From the NCBI GenBank assembly GCA_045531145.1, contig JAZSDM010000007.1, forward strand, positions 1 to 61,232: a DNA stretch of 61,232 bases, in the 5' to 3' direction. Under the pieces are notes generated by a model, which saw nothing but the letters and a program-made list of their open reading frames with translations, was not told the origin of the DNA and made no database searches. Numbering within the stretch: position 1 is the first letter of the stretch; every line of letters begins with the position of its first letter. This document shows, piece by piece, positions 1 to 9,906 of this stretch. Source of the stretch: Acutalibacteraceae bacterium. Its GTDB lineage: Bacteria > Bacillota > Clostridia > Oscillospirales > Acutalibacteraceae. Made by a program: the position numbers and the translations under genes.

Positions 1-180
1 CATTTTATAATTAATTTAAAATTTTTACAATATGCTACATATTAAGAATTTTAAAATATCTTTATATATTTATCATCGAATAACTTTTTTTAAAATGATA
101 CCTACATCGTTTCAAAAATTTCTATTCGATGAGTTTTTTTCCTTTTCGAAAAAGAATTTAAAAATACATATAAAAAACAC

Positions 181-209
181 TTGATTTTATGTAATAATTA
201 ATGTATAAT
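181..209 (+). promoter_or_regulatory. sigma-A-type promoter for tRNA-Leu
   Basis: TTGATT (181-186), 17-nt spacer, TG-TATAAT (204-209), about 20 nt upstream of the tRNA 5' end. Confidence 0.5.
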
Positions 210-228
210 AGCAAAGTCGAGTAAATTT

Positions 229-315
229 GCCGGTGTGATGGAATTGGCAGACGTAGTGGACTCAAAATCCACCGCTGGCGACAGCGTGCCGGTTCGAGTC
301 CGGCCACCGGCACCA
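229..315 (+). tRNA. tRNA-Leu (anticodon CAA)
   Basis: 87-nt cloverleaf. Acceptor GCCGGTG/CACCGGC; anticodon stem GTGGA/TCCAC with loop CTCAAAA (CAA). Long variable arm, T-arm CCGGTTCGAGTCCGG, encoded CCA. Confidence 0.93.
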
Positions 316-350
316 AAACTCCCGAACAACTATGTTCGGGAGTTTTTTTA
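316..350. terminator. bidirectional rho-independent terminator
   Basis: AAAACTCCCGAAC-loop-GTTCGGGAGTTTTTTT. A/T runs on both sides, so it can serve the tRNA (+) and rbr (-). Confidence 0.8.
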
Positions 351-401
351 TTTTCCTCTACACCTTTACTTTTGACTTTTCCCTCTTATTTTGTTAAAAA
401 A

Positions 402-1016
402 TTAACAAACTGTATCTTGGTTTTTACAAGTAAACGGTGCTAATTCAAGTCTTATAAAATATCCTTTTTCGTGATGACAAACCGGACAAACTTCCGGAAC
501 GTTCTTACCTTTATATATATTACCGCAATTCAGACACATCCATTCACATTCAACATCTGAAACAAATAATTTATTTGTTTTCAAAAGTTCTGCAAAAAGT
601 TTAAATCGCTCTGAATGTGTTTTTTCAATCTCACCTATTTGCTTAAATGATGAAGCAACAGGCAGGTTCCCTTCCCTTTCAGCTGTTTCGGCAAACGATT
701 TATATACATTATCAAATTCCTCAAACTCATTATGAGCGGCATTTTCAAGTAATTCAATAACAGAATTTGTTACTTCAACAGGATATGTGCCGTCAGCTTC
801 GATATTTTCGCCTGCAACCTCGCTTAAATGCTTCATGAATATATTTGCGTGTGCAAGCTCTTGATTTGCTGTAAAGTTAAAAATCGCCTCAATAACATAT
901 AATCCTTGTTTTTTAGCAATTTCCGCAGCGAAAGTATAGCGGTTTCTTGCCTGACTTTCTCCTGCGAATGCTCTCATTAAGTTTGTTTTCGTTTCACTTT
1001 CTTTAAAATTTATCAT
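402..1016 (-). CDS. rbr: rubrerythrin (diiron domain plus C-terminal rubredoxin-like CxxC...CxxC)
   Basis: MINFKESETKTNLMRAFAGESQARNRY is a typical rubrerythrin N-terminus; C-terminus has CLNCG...CPVCHH. Start moved to the ATG at 1016, preceded by AGGGGTGA. Confidence 0.9.
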   Translation of the reverse strand: MINFKESETKTNLMRAFAGESQARNRYTFAAEIAKKQGLYVIEAIFNFTANQELAHANIFMKHLSEVAGENIEADGTYPVEVTNSVIELLENAAHNEFEEFDNVYKSFAETAEREGNLPVASSFKQIGEIEKTHSERFKLFAELLKTNKLFVSDVECEWMCLNCGNIYKGKNVPEVCPVCHHEKGYFIRLELAPFTCKNQDTVC

Positions 1017-1027
1017 AAAATCACCCC

Positions 1028-1042
1028 TAAATATAATATTTA
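1028..1042 (-). promoter_or_regulatory. candidate Fur/PerR-family operator (7-1-7 palindrome)
   Basis: Perfect palindrome TAAATAT-A-ATATTTA between the likely promoter and the RBS of rubrerythrin. The assignment is inferred from the 7-1-7 architecture only. Confidence 0.3.
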
Positions 1043-1063
1043 GCAATTTTTCCTAATTTATGC

Positions 1064-1092
1064 AAAAAGACGAGGTTTAAACCTCGTCTTTT
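1064..1092 (-). terminator. rho-independent terminator
   Basis: AAGACGAGGT-TTAA-ACCTCGTCTT flanked by A/T runs, directly after the stop at 1093. Confidence 0.75.
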
Positions 1093-1413
1093 CTATTTTC
1101 TATAATAAGTATAATATGCAGTAACATTGTCATATTGACCTGTAACCGTATTATTACCCTCAACGGTGACACCGTCACCGCTTATTAAAAGGTAATATTT
1201 AGAATCGTCGATTTTGCAGTTAAAAACATCTATTTCACCGCAGATAATACGTATATATTCACCAATAACGGCTATTCTGCCACTTTTACCTACAATATCA
1301 TAAGTAACGCTTCCGTCGGTGTGAGTCACACGTTTGGTTACGTATTTAACCTCTCTGCCGTCAAATGTGCGCAAAAGGTCTTGGTTTTTATTTTTACGAC
1401 TAAACAGTCCCAT
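1093..1413 (-). CDS. hypothetical protein (106 aa)
   Basis: Intact ORF in the co-directional gene string, followed by a terminator. No family recognised. Confidence 0.55.
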   Translation of the reverse strand: MGLFSRKNKNQDLLRTFDGREVKYVTKRVTHTDGSVTYDIVGKSGRIAVIGEYIRIICGEIDVFNCKIDDSKYYLLISGDGVTVEGNNTVTGQYDNVTAYYTYYRK

Positions 1414-1430
1414 TACATAACCTCAAATTA

Positions 1431-1961
1431 TTATTCTTTTTCTTGCTTTATATATTGAATTTTCCAATCATCTAAATCTTTAATTGTGATTTTACCGTCT
1501 TTAAGTGCTATTTCGGCTGTTGTTTCCGTACCGTCTTTGAATTTAACAATAATATAATCATTTTTGATGCGTGAATTGAAATAAACATAGTTATCATCCT
1601 CGTAAAAAGGATATAAAGACATATCGGTGGGAATATTTTCTAACAATGTTTTATCAACAATTTCAGAAATATTGTTATCAGGCTCAATATCAGAAACGTC
1701 ATATTCCATAAACCAGTTACCCATTTTTATACCGCGTGCGTTTTTAAAAGGTTCATTCGGGCTTACGCTTGGGTATCTTATAACTTTATAACCGAGTCCG
1801 AAATATGTAACTTTATTACCGTCATCACTTACAATTTTAATTGTGAACTTAGGTTCAACGCTGTTGCGAACACGCGCACTGTCTACATAATCGGTATAGA
1901 GCCAAAAAGCAAAAAGGAATGCAAAAACCAAAGCGATTATTATAATAATTTTCTTTTTCAT
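1431..1961 (-). CDS. hypothetical membrane-anchored protein (176 aa)
   Basis: N-terminal hydrophobic helix KKKIIIIIALVFAFLFAFWLY followed by a soluble domain. No family recognised. Confidence 0.55.
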   Translation of the reverse strand: MKKKIIIIIALVFAFLFAFWLYTDYVDSARVRNSVEPKFTIKIVSDDGNKVTYFGLGYKVIRYPSVSPNEPFKNARGIKMGNWFMEYDVSDIEPDNNISEIVDKTLLENIPTDMSLYPFYEDDNYVYFNSRIKNDYIIVKFKDGTETTAEIALKDGKITIKDLDDWKIQYIKQEKE

Positions 1962-1980
1962 AATGCATTCCTCCTAAAAT

Positions 1981-3201
1981 TTAAACAGTATATTTGTTAA
2001 ATACTTTTTTGCCTTTTTTAAGGATTATTTCATTTTGGAAATCTTCAAGAGTTAACGAATATGACGGGTCTGTGATTTTTTCGTCGTTAATACTTACACC
2101 GCCCTGTTGAACAAGTCTTCTCGCCTCACCGTTTGAAGCCGCAAGACCTGCCTTTACCATCATTGCAAGCACACCGATTTTACCTTCTGTAAAATCATCA
2201 GTGGAAAGTTCGGTTGTAGGCATATTTTCGTGAGAGCCTGCGCCTGCAAAAATTGCTTTTGCGGTGGTTTGTGCCTTCTCTGCTTCTTCTTCACCGTGAA
2301 CAAGTTTTGTAAGTTCGAATGCCAAAATTTCTTTAGCGGTGTTAAGCTGACTGCCTTCCCATTCATCCATTTTATCAATTTCTTCAAGAGGTAAAAATGT
2401 AAGCATTCTGATACATTTTAAAACGTCCGCATCAGAAACGTTACGCCAGTACTGATAAAATTCGTAAGGTGAAGTCTTTTTAGGATCAAGCCAAACAGCG
2501 CCCGAAGCGGTTTTACCCATTTTTTTGCCTTCGGAATTAAGCAGCAAAGTAATTGTCATAGCATAAGCATCTTTACCAAGTTTTTTACGGATAAGCTCGG
2601 TACCGCCAAGCATATTAGACCATTGGTCATCTCCGCCGAACTGCATATTACAGCCGTATTCCTTGTAAAGATGATAAAAGTCGTAACTTTGCATTATCAT
2701 ATAGTTGAATTCAAGGAAAGAAAGACCTTTTTCCATACGTTGCTTGTAGCATTCTGCACGAAGCATATTGTTAACCGAAAACTGTGCGCCAACTTCACGC
2801 AAAACTTCAACATAGTTAAGGTTCAAGAGCCAATCGGCATTATTAACCATCTGTGCCTTGCCTTCGCCAAATTCAATGAAGCGGCTCATTTGCTCTTTAA
2901 AGCAGTCACAGTTGTGCTGAATTTGTTCCGCAGTCATCATAGAACGCATATCAGTTCTGCCTGAAGGGTCGCCTATATGTGCAGTACCGCCGCCTATTAA
3001 AGCAATAGGCTTATTCCCTGCCATTTGAAGTCTTTTCATAAGGCATAAAGCCATAAAGTGACCTACGTGCAAACTGTCAGCAGTGGGGTCAAAACCGATG
3101 TAAAATGTTGCCTTGCCGTTATCAACAAGTTCGCGGATTTCTGCCTCATCAGTAACCTGAGCGATAAGTCCGCGTGCTACGAGTTCGTCATAAATTTTCA
3201 T
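1981..3201 (-). CDS. tyrS: tyrosine--tRNA ligase
   Basis: Class I motifs HVGH (HIGH) and KMGKT (KMSKS), C-terminal S4-like domain. The start overlaps the recN stop (ATGA). Confidence 0.95.
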   Translation of the reverse strand: MKIYDELVARGLIAQVTDEAEIRELVDNGKATFYIGFDPTADSLHVGHFMALCLMKRLQMAGNKPIALIGGGTAHIGDPSGRTDMRSMMTAEQIQHNCDCFKEQMSRFIEFGEGKAQMVNNADWLLNLNYVEVLREVGAQFSVNNMLRAECYKQRMEKGLSFLEFNYMIMQSYDFYHLYKEYGCNMQFGGDDQWSNMLGGTELIRKKLGKDAYAMTITLLLNSEGKKMGKTASGAVWLDPKKTSPYEFYQYWRNVSDADVLKCIRMLTFLPLEEIDKMDEWEGSQLNTAKEILAFELTKLVHGEEEAEKAQTTAKAIFAGAGSHENMPTTELSTDDFTEGKIGVLAMMVKAGLAASNGEARRLVQQGGVSINDEKITDPSYSLTLEDFQNEIILKKGKKVFNKYTV

Positions 3202-4865
3202 AATAAATTGCTCCTGTCTATTAGTTCCTTAGCGGAATTATATAAATTTTCGGTAAGTTCTGTGCCTGACATAATTCGGGCAATTTCGCTTATCCTTTGT
3301 TCGTAAGAAAGTGAGTTTACTTCCGTAAAGGTTCTGCCTTCACTTGAAGATTTTGATATTTGCAGATGTTCATCTGCAATTGCGGCAATTTGTGCCAAAT
3401 GTGTAACACAAATTACTTGCCTGTTTTTTGATACTTTTTTAAGTTGAGTACCAACTTTTCCTGCGGCAAACCCGCTAATTCCTGTGTCGATTTCATCAAA
3501 AATCATTGTGCCGACAGTGTCCTTATCAAGCAAGACGCTTTTAATACTAAGCATTACCCTTGAAAGTTCACCGCCTGATGCAATTTTTTGAAGCGGTTTT
3601 GGAGTTTCGCCTTGGTTTGCAGAAATCAAAAATTCGCAAACATCACAACCGTTTTTGGTATATCTTCCCTTTTCGATTTTGACAACAAATTTAACATTTG
3701 GCATATTAAGATATTCCAATATAGATGAAACATTTTGTTCAAAATGGTTGGCTGCTTTTTGGCGCGAATTTGTGAGTTTTTCGGCAATACTTACTAACCT
3801 TTCAGTTGAAATATCCAATAAATCAGAAAGTTCCAAAATACGCTTGTCCGAAAATGTGATATTTTCAAGTTCTTTAGTAGCACTATCTAAAAATTCAAGC
3901 ATTTTTTCTTCGCTTGAACCGTATTTTAACATAAGTCTGCTAAGGCAGTCAAGTCTTTGATTAATTTCATCGGGATTAAGGTTAAAATATTCGTCCTGAT
4001 TCAAGAAATTTGAAATATCACTTTTAGCATCTTCAATAAGTGCTAAAGCATCATTAATTTTAATTAAACTTTCAGCCGCAGTCTTATTTTCGATAGAATT
4101 TAACTGTTTAACGACATTTTGCAGTTGTGTAACTGCACCGTCATTATCTTCGCTACCGCTTAAAAGTATATCTGCATTGTTAAAGGCTTTGTATGTTTTT
4201 TCGGCAGAATTTGCAATTTCGAGTTTTTGTTTTAAACTCTCAAATTCGCCGATTTTAATATTAGCAGACTCAAGTTCGTTAATCTGATATTTTAAAAGGT
4301 CAATTTTCCGTTGCTTTTCGTCTTGGTCCATTTCAAGCGACTGAAGTTCTTTTCGCAAAGCATTTAAGGTTTTAAATTCTTTATAATAATCTTCGCGGAT
4401 ATCGGAATTTTCAGCAACAGCATCAATAAACATCAAGTGTTTGTCGGGGTCAAGCAAAGCCTGATTATCGTGCTGACCGTGAATATTAATGAGATTTTTG
4501 CTTATCTCTTTTAAAACACCCGCTGTAAACGGCAGATTATTTATTTTAATATAACCTTTACCTGAAAGACTTAATTTTCGTGAAATAACAATGTTACCGT
4601 CCTGATCGGGTGTGATACCGTAGTCGCTTAAAAGATTTAAAGTGTATGTATCAATTTGACCGAAAACAGCCGAAACTAATGCGCTGGCACTTCCGCTTCG
4701 GATTAAATCTTTCGAAGTGCGCTCACCTAAAACAGCATTAATAGCGTCAATTACAATTGATTTACCCGCACCGGTTTCACCTGTAAGCACATTAAAACCC
4801 GATTTAAATTCAATATCAGACTGTTCAATAACCGCTATATTTTCAATGTGAAGAAATTTTAGCAT
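3198..4865 (-). CDS. recN: DNA repair protein RecN
   Basis: Walker A GETGAGKS, long coiled-coil centre, SGGELSR signature and Walker [10 protein letters not shown]. Confidence 0.95.
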   Translation of the reverse strand: MLKFLHIENIAVIEQSDIEFKSGFNVLTGETGAGKSIVIDAINAVLGERTSKDLIRSGSASALVSAVFGQIDTYTLNLLSDYGITPDQDGNIVISRKLSLSGKGYIKINNLPFTAGVLKEISKNLINIHGQHDNQALLDPDKHLMFIDAVAENSDIREDYYKEFKTLNALRKELQSLEMDQDEKQRKIDLLKYQINELESANIKIGEFESLKQKLEIANSAEKTYKAFNNADILLSGSEDNDGAVTQLQNVVKQLNSIENKTAAESLIKINDALALIEDAKSDISNFLNQDEYFNLNPDEINQRLDCLSRLMLKYGSSEEKMLEFLDSATKELENITFSDKRILELSDLLDISTERLVSIAEKLTNSRQKAANHFEQNVSSILEYLNMPNVKFVVKIEKGRYTKNGCDVCEFLISANQGETPKPLQKIASGGELSRVMLSIKSVLLDKDTVGTMIFDEIDTGISGFAAGKVGTQLKKVSKNRQVICVTHLAQIAAIADEHLQISKSSSEGRTFTEVNSLSYEQRISEIARIMSGTELTENLYNSAKELIDRSNLL

Positions 4866-4879
4866 TTTATTCCTCTGTG

Positions 4880-5335
4880 TTATAAAATATTATTTAACTG
4901 TTCAACAAGTTGTTTGGAATGTTGTTCGCTTTTGGTGACAACTATTATAGTGTCTTCCCCTGCGAGAGAGCCCAACATCATATCGTGAAACATTTCGTCA
5001 AGTGCCACACATGCGCTTGATGCCATACCCGAATAACAGTTTATTACAACATTATTAAGTGCATAATCTATTGTTTTAACTGCTTTTACAAACATATCGC
5101 GGTAATGCGATTGTGTGTATTTTGAGGCGTTTTGATTTGAAATGTAACGATAATTACCCGAAGAATCGTGACTTTTTACAAGTTTTAATTCTTTAATATC
5201 GCGCGAAACGGTGGACTGTGTAACATCATAACCTAATAAAAGCAGTTCTTTTTGAAGGTCTTCCTGAGTTAAAACGATTTTATCCTTAATTATTTCAAGA
5301 ATTTCCTTTTGGCGTTTATTTTTCAATTCACACAC
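4880..5335 (-). CDS. argR: arginine repressor
   Basis: Winged-helix TQSTVSRDIKEL N-domain and ArgR C-domain (GSLAGEDTIIVV); 151 aa. Confidence 0.9.
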   Translation of the reverse strand: MCELKNKRQKEILEIIKDKIVLTQEDLQKELLLLGYDVTQSTVSRDIKELKLVKSHDSSGNYRYISNQNASKYTQSHYRDMFVKAVKTIDYALNNVVINCYSGMASSACVALDEMFHDMMLGSLAGEDTIIVVTKSEQHSKQLVEQLNNIL

Positions 5336-6173
5336 TCCTTGCGTCCTTAAATTTTATAGAAAGTGTTTTATAAAAAGAACGGTCGTTAAGACGAATAAGT
5401 TTTGCCGAAACATTAGATTTTGAAATATAAATTTCAGTAAAAGGTTTTACGTTTGCTACCTTTCTTCCGTCAACCGTTAAATAAATATCGGTCCTTTTTT
5501 TAGAGTGGGATTTAAGTTTGATTTGTTTATCAGCGCCGAGCAAAATTGGTTTTGCCGAAAGCGCGTGTGAACAAATTGGGGTAATGCACATATTTTCGGT
5601 CAAGGGGTCAATAATAGGTCCGCCTGCTGACATTGAATATGCGGTAGAACCGGTGGGTGTAGTAACAATCAATCCGTCAGCGCGGTAGTGGATAGAATCG
5701 TCACCAACAGTAACATAAGTATCAATAATACGTGAAATAAAACCGCTTGTTATTACGGCATCGTTAAGTGCGGAATATTCGTTGATTTTTTTACCGTTTT
5801 CAAACACTTCGACATTAAGCATCATACGGTTTTCAATAAAATATTCATTGGATTTTAGTTTTGAAAGTAAACCGAGTTCGTTTTGTTCGATATTAGCAAG
5901 ATAACCCATTCTGCCTGCATTGATACCCAAAACAGGTTTATTATCAAGGGCTGCACGCTTAGCATAACGGATGATAGTACCGTCGCCGCCGATAGTTATA
6001 ATCAAATCAGCAATTTTATAAAGTTCATTTTCGGGTGCGTGTTCAAAACTTCCGCCGAAAATTGTGTCCGGAAGATAGGCGGTAATCCCCTCTTTTTTAA
6101 GAAGAGAGCCGAGTTTTTCAACAACTTCAGAAGAACCGCGTTTATCTAAGTTAGGCAATACTGCAACAACCAT
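5328..6173 (-). CDS. nadK: NAD(+) kinase
   Basis: GGDGT motif and TPTGSTAYSMSAGGP segment typical of NAD kinases. Confidence 0.9.
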   Translation of the reverse strand: MVVAVLPNLDKRGSSEVVEKLGSLLKKEGITAYLPDTIFGGSFEHAPENELYKIADLIITIGGDGTIIRYAKRAALDNKPVLGINAGRMGYLANIEQNELGLLSKLKSNEYFIENRMMLNVEVFENGKKINEYSALNDAVITSGFISRIIDTYVTVGDDSIHYRADGLIVTTPTGSTAYSMSAGGPIIDPLTENMCITPICSHALSAKPILLGADKQIKLKSHSKKRTDIYLTVDGRKVANVKPFTEIYISKSNVSAKLIRLNDRSFYKTLSIKFKDARSV

Positions 6174-6174
6174 A

Positions 6175-6984
6175 CTATACCTCCTTAAGTTTAATGTAAG
6201 AATTTTCTACAACTTGGTTTGCACTAACTGTGCATTTATTTTCACCTGTTTCGCTTTTCTGAATGTGACATAAATATTCAATGTTACCTTCAGGACCTTT
6301 AACGGGTGAAAAATCAAGTCCTAATAATGTAAAACTATTTGTAATTATTAAATCAATTATTTTTTCAATAACCGCAATATGAACATTTTTATCCCTTACA
6401 ACACCCTTTTTGCCGACATTTTCTTTACCCGCCTCAAACTGAGGTTTGATAAGGCAAACAGCCTGACCGTCATCTTTAAGTAAATTGCGTAAAACCGGCA
6501 AAATAAGTGACAATGAAATAAAGGAAACATCAACCGAAGCAAAATCAAGTTCTTCGGGAATTTCGGTCTTAGTCACATAACGAAAATTTGTGCGCTCAAG
6601 ATTTACTACACGTTCATCTGTGCGTAATTTCCATGCAAGCTGACCGTAACCAACATCAATCGTGTAAACCTTTTTGGCACCGTTTTGGAGCATACAATCA
6701 GTAAATCCGCCTGTTGAAGCGCCAATATCGGCACAAATTTTACCGTCGAGCGAAAAATCAAAAACATTTACCGCTTTTTCAAGTTTAAGACCGCCGCGAC
6801 TCACATATTTTAAGGTTTCACCGCGCACTTCAATAATATCGTCAGCCTTAACGGTGTTGCCTGCTTTATCGGATTTTTGGTTATTAACAAAAACTATGCC
6901 TGCCATAATAAGTGCTTTTGCTTTTTCACGGCTTTCAGCAAAACCTTGCTCAACCAAAGCAACATCTAATCTGATTTTAGCCAT
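6175..6984 (-). CDS. tlyA: TlyA-family rRNA 2'-O-methyltransferase
   Basis: N-terminal S4 domain plus FtsJ-type SAM-binding DIGASTGGFTD. Confidence 0.88.
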   Translation of the reverse strand: MAKIRLDVALVEQGFAESREKAKALIMAGIVFVNNQKSDKAGNTVKADDIIEVRGETLKYVSRGGLKLEKAVNVFDFSLDGKICADIGASTGGFTDCMLQNGAKKVYTIDVGYGQLAWKLRTDERVVNLERTNFRYVTKTEIPEELDFASVDVSFISLSLILPVLRNLLKDDGQAVCLIKPQFEAGKENVGKKGVVRDKNVHIAVIEKIIDLIITNSFTLLGLDFSPVKGPEGNIEYLCHIQKSETGENKCTVSANQVVENSYIKLKEV

Positions 6985-8806
6985 TAAAACACCTCAACAT
7001 ACTTTCAGTATCTAAACCGTTTGATTTTAGCGCAGAAGCAACTGATGCTGCCGGTACAAATTTATTTTCGACTGCGTGAATATTGTAGTTTCCATTATAT
7101 CCGCAAGAATTAAGTGCGGCTGACAAATGTTCGGCAATACCACCGCTTTTAACAGATTCTTCAAAGAAGTGAATTTCGTCAAAGTCTTTTAAAGTGTCAA
7201 CTAATTCTTGACTCAACGGATAGATTTTATTTAGTTTAATAACATTGATTTCTGGAGAAAAAGCCTTAGCGTCATAAGCATTTGAAAAAAGTCTGCCATA
7301 GGTTATGATGGCTTTTTTACTGTCACCTTTTAATACTGTAAAATCTGATTTATAGTCAATAGATTCGCCAATCGGCTTTTCACATCCGCGCGGATAACGA
7401 ATAGCCGTAATTTTTTTAGCATTTGAAGATTTTTTTATAAGGTATTTAAGTTCGTCATAGTGTGAAGGAGAATAAACTTCGGTATTAGGTATTGAAGTTA
7501 AAAATGAAACATCAAATAAACCTTGGTGTGTTTCCCCGTCTTCACCGACAATTCCTGCTCTGTCAACAAGAAAGCAAACAGGTAAATTATCAATCGCGCA
7601 ATCGTGAATAATTTGGTCATATGCCCTTTGTAAAAATGAAGAATACACCGCAAAATAAGGCTTCATACCGCCTTTTCTAAGTCCTGCGGAAAAAGTGACT
7701 GCGTGTTGTTCTGCAATACCAACATCAAAAAATCTGTTTTTGTAAAGTTGTGCAAAGCGTGACAGTCCTGTGCCAGAAGTCATTGCGGCGGTTATGGCAC
7801 AGATGTTTTGGTCATTTTCTGCTAATTCGCAAAGTGTGTCACCTGCAACATCAGAAAAAGAAACGCTATTACTATTGCCTGCACCCTCTTCAATATCAAA
7901 CGGAGAAACCCCGTGATAATTTTTAGGGCTTGTTTCAGCGTAGGAATAACCTTTACCTTTAGTTGTGATAACATGCACGATAGAAGGACGGTTATAGTTT
8001 TCTGCAATTTTAAAAAGGGATTCCATTGCAGCAACATTATGACCGTCAACAGGTCCTAAATAATTAAATCCAAGAGCAGAAAAAACATTGTTTTTATATA
8101 TTATACTTTTGAAAATTTCTTTAACCGAGTAAAATGCGTTGTTAATATATTTACCAACAAACGGAATGTTAAGCAAAAATCTGTTTAAAGCAAATTTAAA
8201 ATGGTGATAATGCGGTTTGTTACGCATCTTTGTAAGACTGCGTGATAAAGCACCAACATTACGCGAAATTGACATTTTATTATCATTAAGCACAATGATA
8301 AAATTATTTTTACCGCTACCAACATTGTTAAGCGCCTCATAAGCCATACCGCCAGTGAGTGCACCGTCACCGATAACGGCAATAGCAGTACCGTTTTGAC
8401 CTGTAAGCCTTTTTGCTCGGTAGATACCGTATGCCGCAGAGATGGAATTACTGCTGTGTCCTGTAATAAAGGCATCGTGTTCGCTTTCGGTCGGTTTCAT
8501 AAAACCTGAAATACCGCCTTCGGTACGCAAGGTGTGGAAATTTTCAAATCTTCCTGTTAAGAGTTTATGTGTATAAGACTGATGGCCTACATCGAAAATT
8601 ATAGCGTCTTCAGGTGAATTGAAGGTTCTGTGAAGAGCAACTGTCAATTCAACAGAGCCTAAATTAGATGCCAAATGACCGCCGTTTTTTGAAACGGTTT
8701 CAATAATACAACCCCTTAATTCTTCACATAGAGCGGTGGTTTGGCCGATATTCAGTTTTTTAACATCTTCTGGGGAATTAATTTTGCTTAAAATCGGATA
8801 ACTCAC
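6977..8806 (-). CDS. dxs: 1-deoxy-D-xylulose-5-phosphate synthase
   Basis: 609 aa; TPP motif GDGALTGGMAYEALN and transketolase-like middle and C-terminal domains. Confidence 0.95.
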   Translation of the reverse strand: MSYPILSKINSPEDVKKLNIGQTTALCEELRGCIIETVSKNGGHLASNLGSVELTVALHRTFNSPEDAIIFDVGHQSYTHKLLTGRFENFHTLRTEGGISGFMKPTESEHDAFITGHSSNSISAAYGIYRAKRLTGQNGTAIAVIGDGALTGGMAYEALNNVGSGKNNFIIVLNDNKMSISRNVGALSRSLTKMRNKPHYHHFKFALNRFLLNIPFVGKYINNAFYSVKEIFKSIIYKNNVFSALGFNYLGPVDGHNVAAMESLFKIAENYNRPSIVHVITTKGKGYSYAETSPKNYHGVSPFDIEEGAGNSNSVSFSDVAGDTLCELAENDQNICAITAAMTSGTGLSRFAQLYKNRFFDVGIAEQHAVTFSAGLRKGGMKPYFAVYSSFLQRAYDQIIHDCAIDNLPVCFLVDRAGIVGEDGETHQGLFDVSFLTSIPNTEVYSPSHYDELKYLIKKSSNAKKITAIRYPRGCEKPIGESIDYKSDFTVLKGDSKKAIITYGRLFSNAYDAKAFSPEINVIKLNKIYPLSQELVDTLKDFDEIHFFEESVKSGGIAEHLSAALNSCGYNGNYNIHAVENKFVPAASVASALKSNGLDTESMLRCFNG

Positions 8807-8821
8807 CGTTACACGTCCTTC

Positions 8822-9700
8822 TTAATAATTTCGTTTTAATAAGTATTCTGTAAGCGCTTTTAAAACTGTTTTGTCACCTTCAAAATAATCCAAGGCATTT
8901 AATGCGTTATTTGTGATTTCTTTGGCATATTCTTTTGCTTTTTCTACACCAAAAAGGGTTACAAAAGTAGTTTTATTATTTTTTTCATCACTGCCAACAG
9001 GTTTGCCTAAAAGTTTTTCATCAGCGGTGCAGTCAAGAATATCGTCAATGATTTGAAAAGCAACACCTAAATCTCTGGCATAATTATTGGCATTAATCAT
9101 AGATGCTTTATCGGTTTTACCTGCGGCAATTAGACCTAAAGCCGCCGCCGCAATAAGTAGACCTGAGGTTTTACGAGAATACATATCAATAAGTTCTTCA
9201 GCGGTAGGAGTTCTCTTTTCAAACTGTAAATCAAGTACCTGACCGCCTATCATTCCGTGAAGACCTGCATTATGCGATAAATATTCGACCGCCTTAACAA
9301 TTCGCTCACTTGGTAAATCTGCTTTAGCTACAATACTAAAGGCTTCTGTAAGTAAAGTATCCCCCGCAAGAAGTGCTGTATCCTCGCCGAATGCTTTATG
9401 ACATGACGGCTTTCCCCTTCTCATATCATCGTTGTCCATACAGGGTAAATCGTCGTGAATAAGGGAATATGTATGAATCATTTCAAGTGCTATAGCAAAA
9501 TTATACGAATCCTCTGCTTTACCGCCCGCAAGTTTGCAAAATTCAGCAGTTATAACAGGGCGAATTCTTTTACCGCCTAAAAGCAGACTGTATCTTGCAG
9601 CTTTTAAAACCTCGTTATAAGGATATTCTTCAAGCGGAAGAAGTTTATCTATTTCTTGTTCAAAAACTGTTCTGTAACGGTTTAAAAGATTATTAATCAT
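8822..9700 (-). CDS. ispA: (2E,6E)-farnesyl diphosphate synthase / polyprenyl synthetase
   Basis: Aspartate-rich motifs DDLPCMDNDDMRRG and IIDDILD. Confidence 0.9.
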   Translation of the reverse strand: MINNLLNRYRTVFEQEIDKLLPLEEYPYNEVLKAARYSLLLGGKRIRPVITAEFCKLAGGKAEDSYNFAIALEMIHTYSLIHDDLPCMDNDDMRRGKPSCHKAFGEDTALLAGDTLLTEAFSIVAKADLPSERIVKAVEYLSHNAGLHGMIGGQVLDLQFEKRTPTAEELIDMYSRKTSGLLIAAAALGLIAAGKTDKASMINANNYARDLGVAFQIIDDILDCTADEKLLGKPVGSDEKNNKTTFVTLFGVEKAKEYAKEITNNALNALDYFEGDKTVLKALTEYLLKRNY

Positions 9701-9707
9701 AAAACCT

Positions 9708-9905
9708 TTACTCCTTGCTATCGGTTAAAGCGGTTATTTTAATTTCTGCGCTTTCAAGTGTTTTTTTGCATTTGCTTGATAGTTCTATTCCCTTTTCAAA
9801 AAGCTTGATTGCTTCATCTAATGAAACATCGTTTTTTTCTAAAGCAGAAACAATTTTTTCAAGCTCTGCCAAAGATTTTTCAAAGTCAAAAGTATTTTCA
9901 GCCAT
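9708..9905 (-). CDS. xseB: exodeoxyribonuclease VII small subunit
   Basis: 65-aa helical protein (FEKSLAELEKIV...LDEAIKLFEKG), immediately downstream of xseA. Confidence 0.9.
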   Translation of the reverse strand: MAENTFDFEKSLAELEKIVSALEKNDVSLDEAIKLFEKGIELSSKCKKTLESAEIKITALTDSKE

Positions 9906-9906
9906 A

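Noticed and set aside
71-140. Long-range inverted repeat CATCGAATA ... TATTCGATG followed by a T run upstream of the tRNA
   Set aside because: It is a 9-bp stem with a loop of about 40 nt in very AT-rich DNA. It could terminate an off-window gene, but it is too weak to call.
2623-2964. Antisense ORFs nested in well-supported genes (also 16463..17068, 20646..21023, 21636..22058, 46724..47173, 49838..50212, 53840..54322, 57089..57439 and others)
   Set aside because: They lie entirely within strongly conserved genes on the opposite strand. They have low-complexity or odd composition, no RBS and no recognisable family, so they are shadow ORFs.
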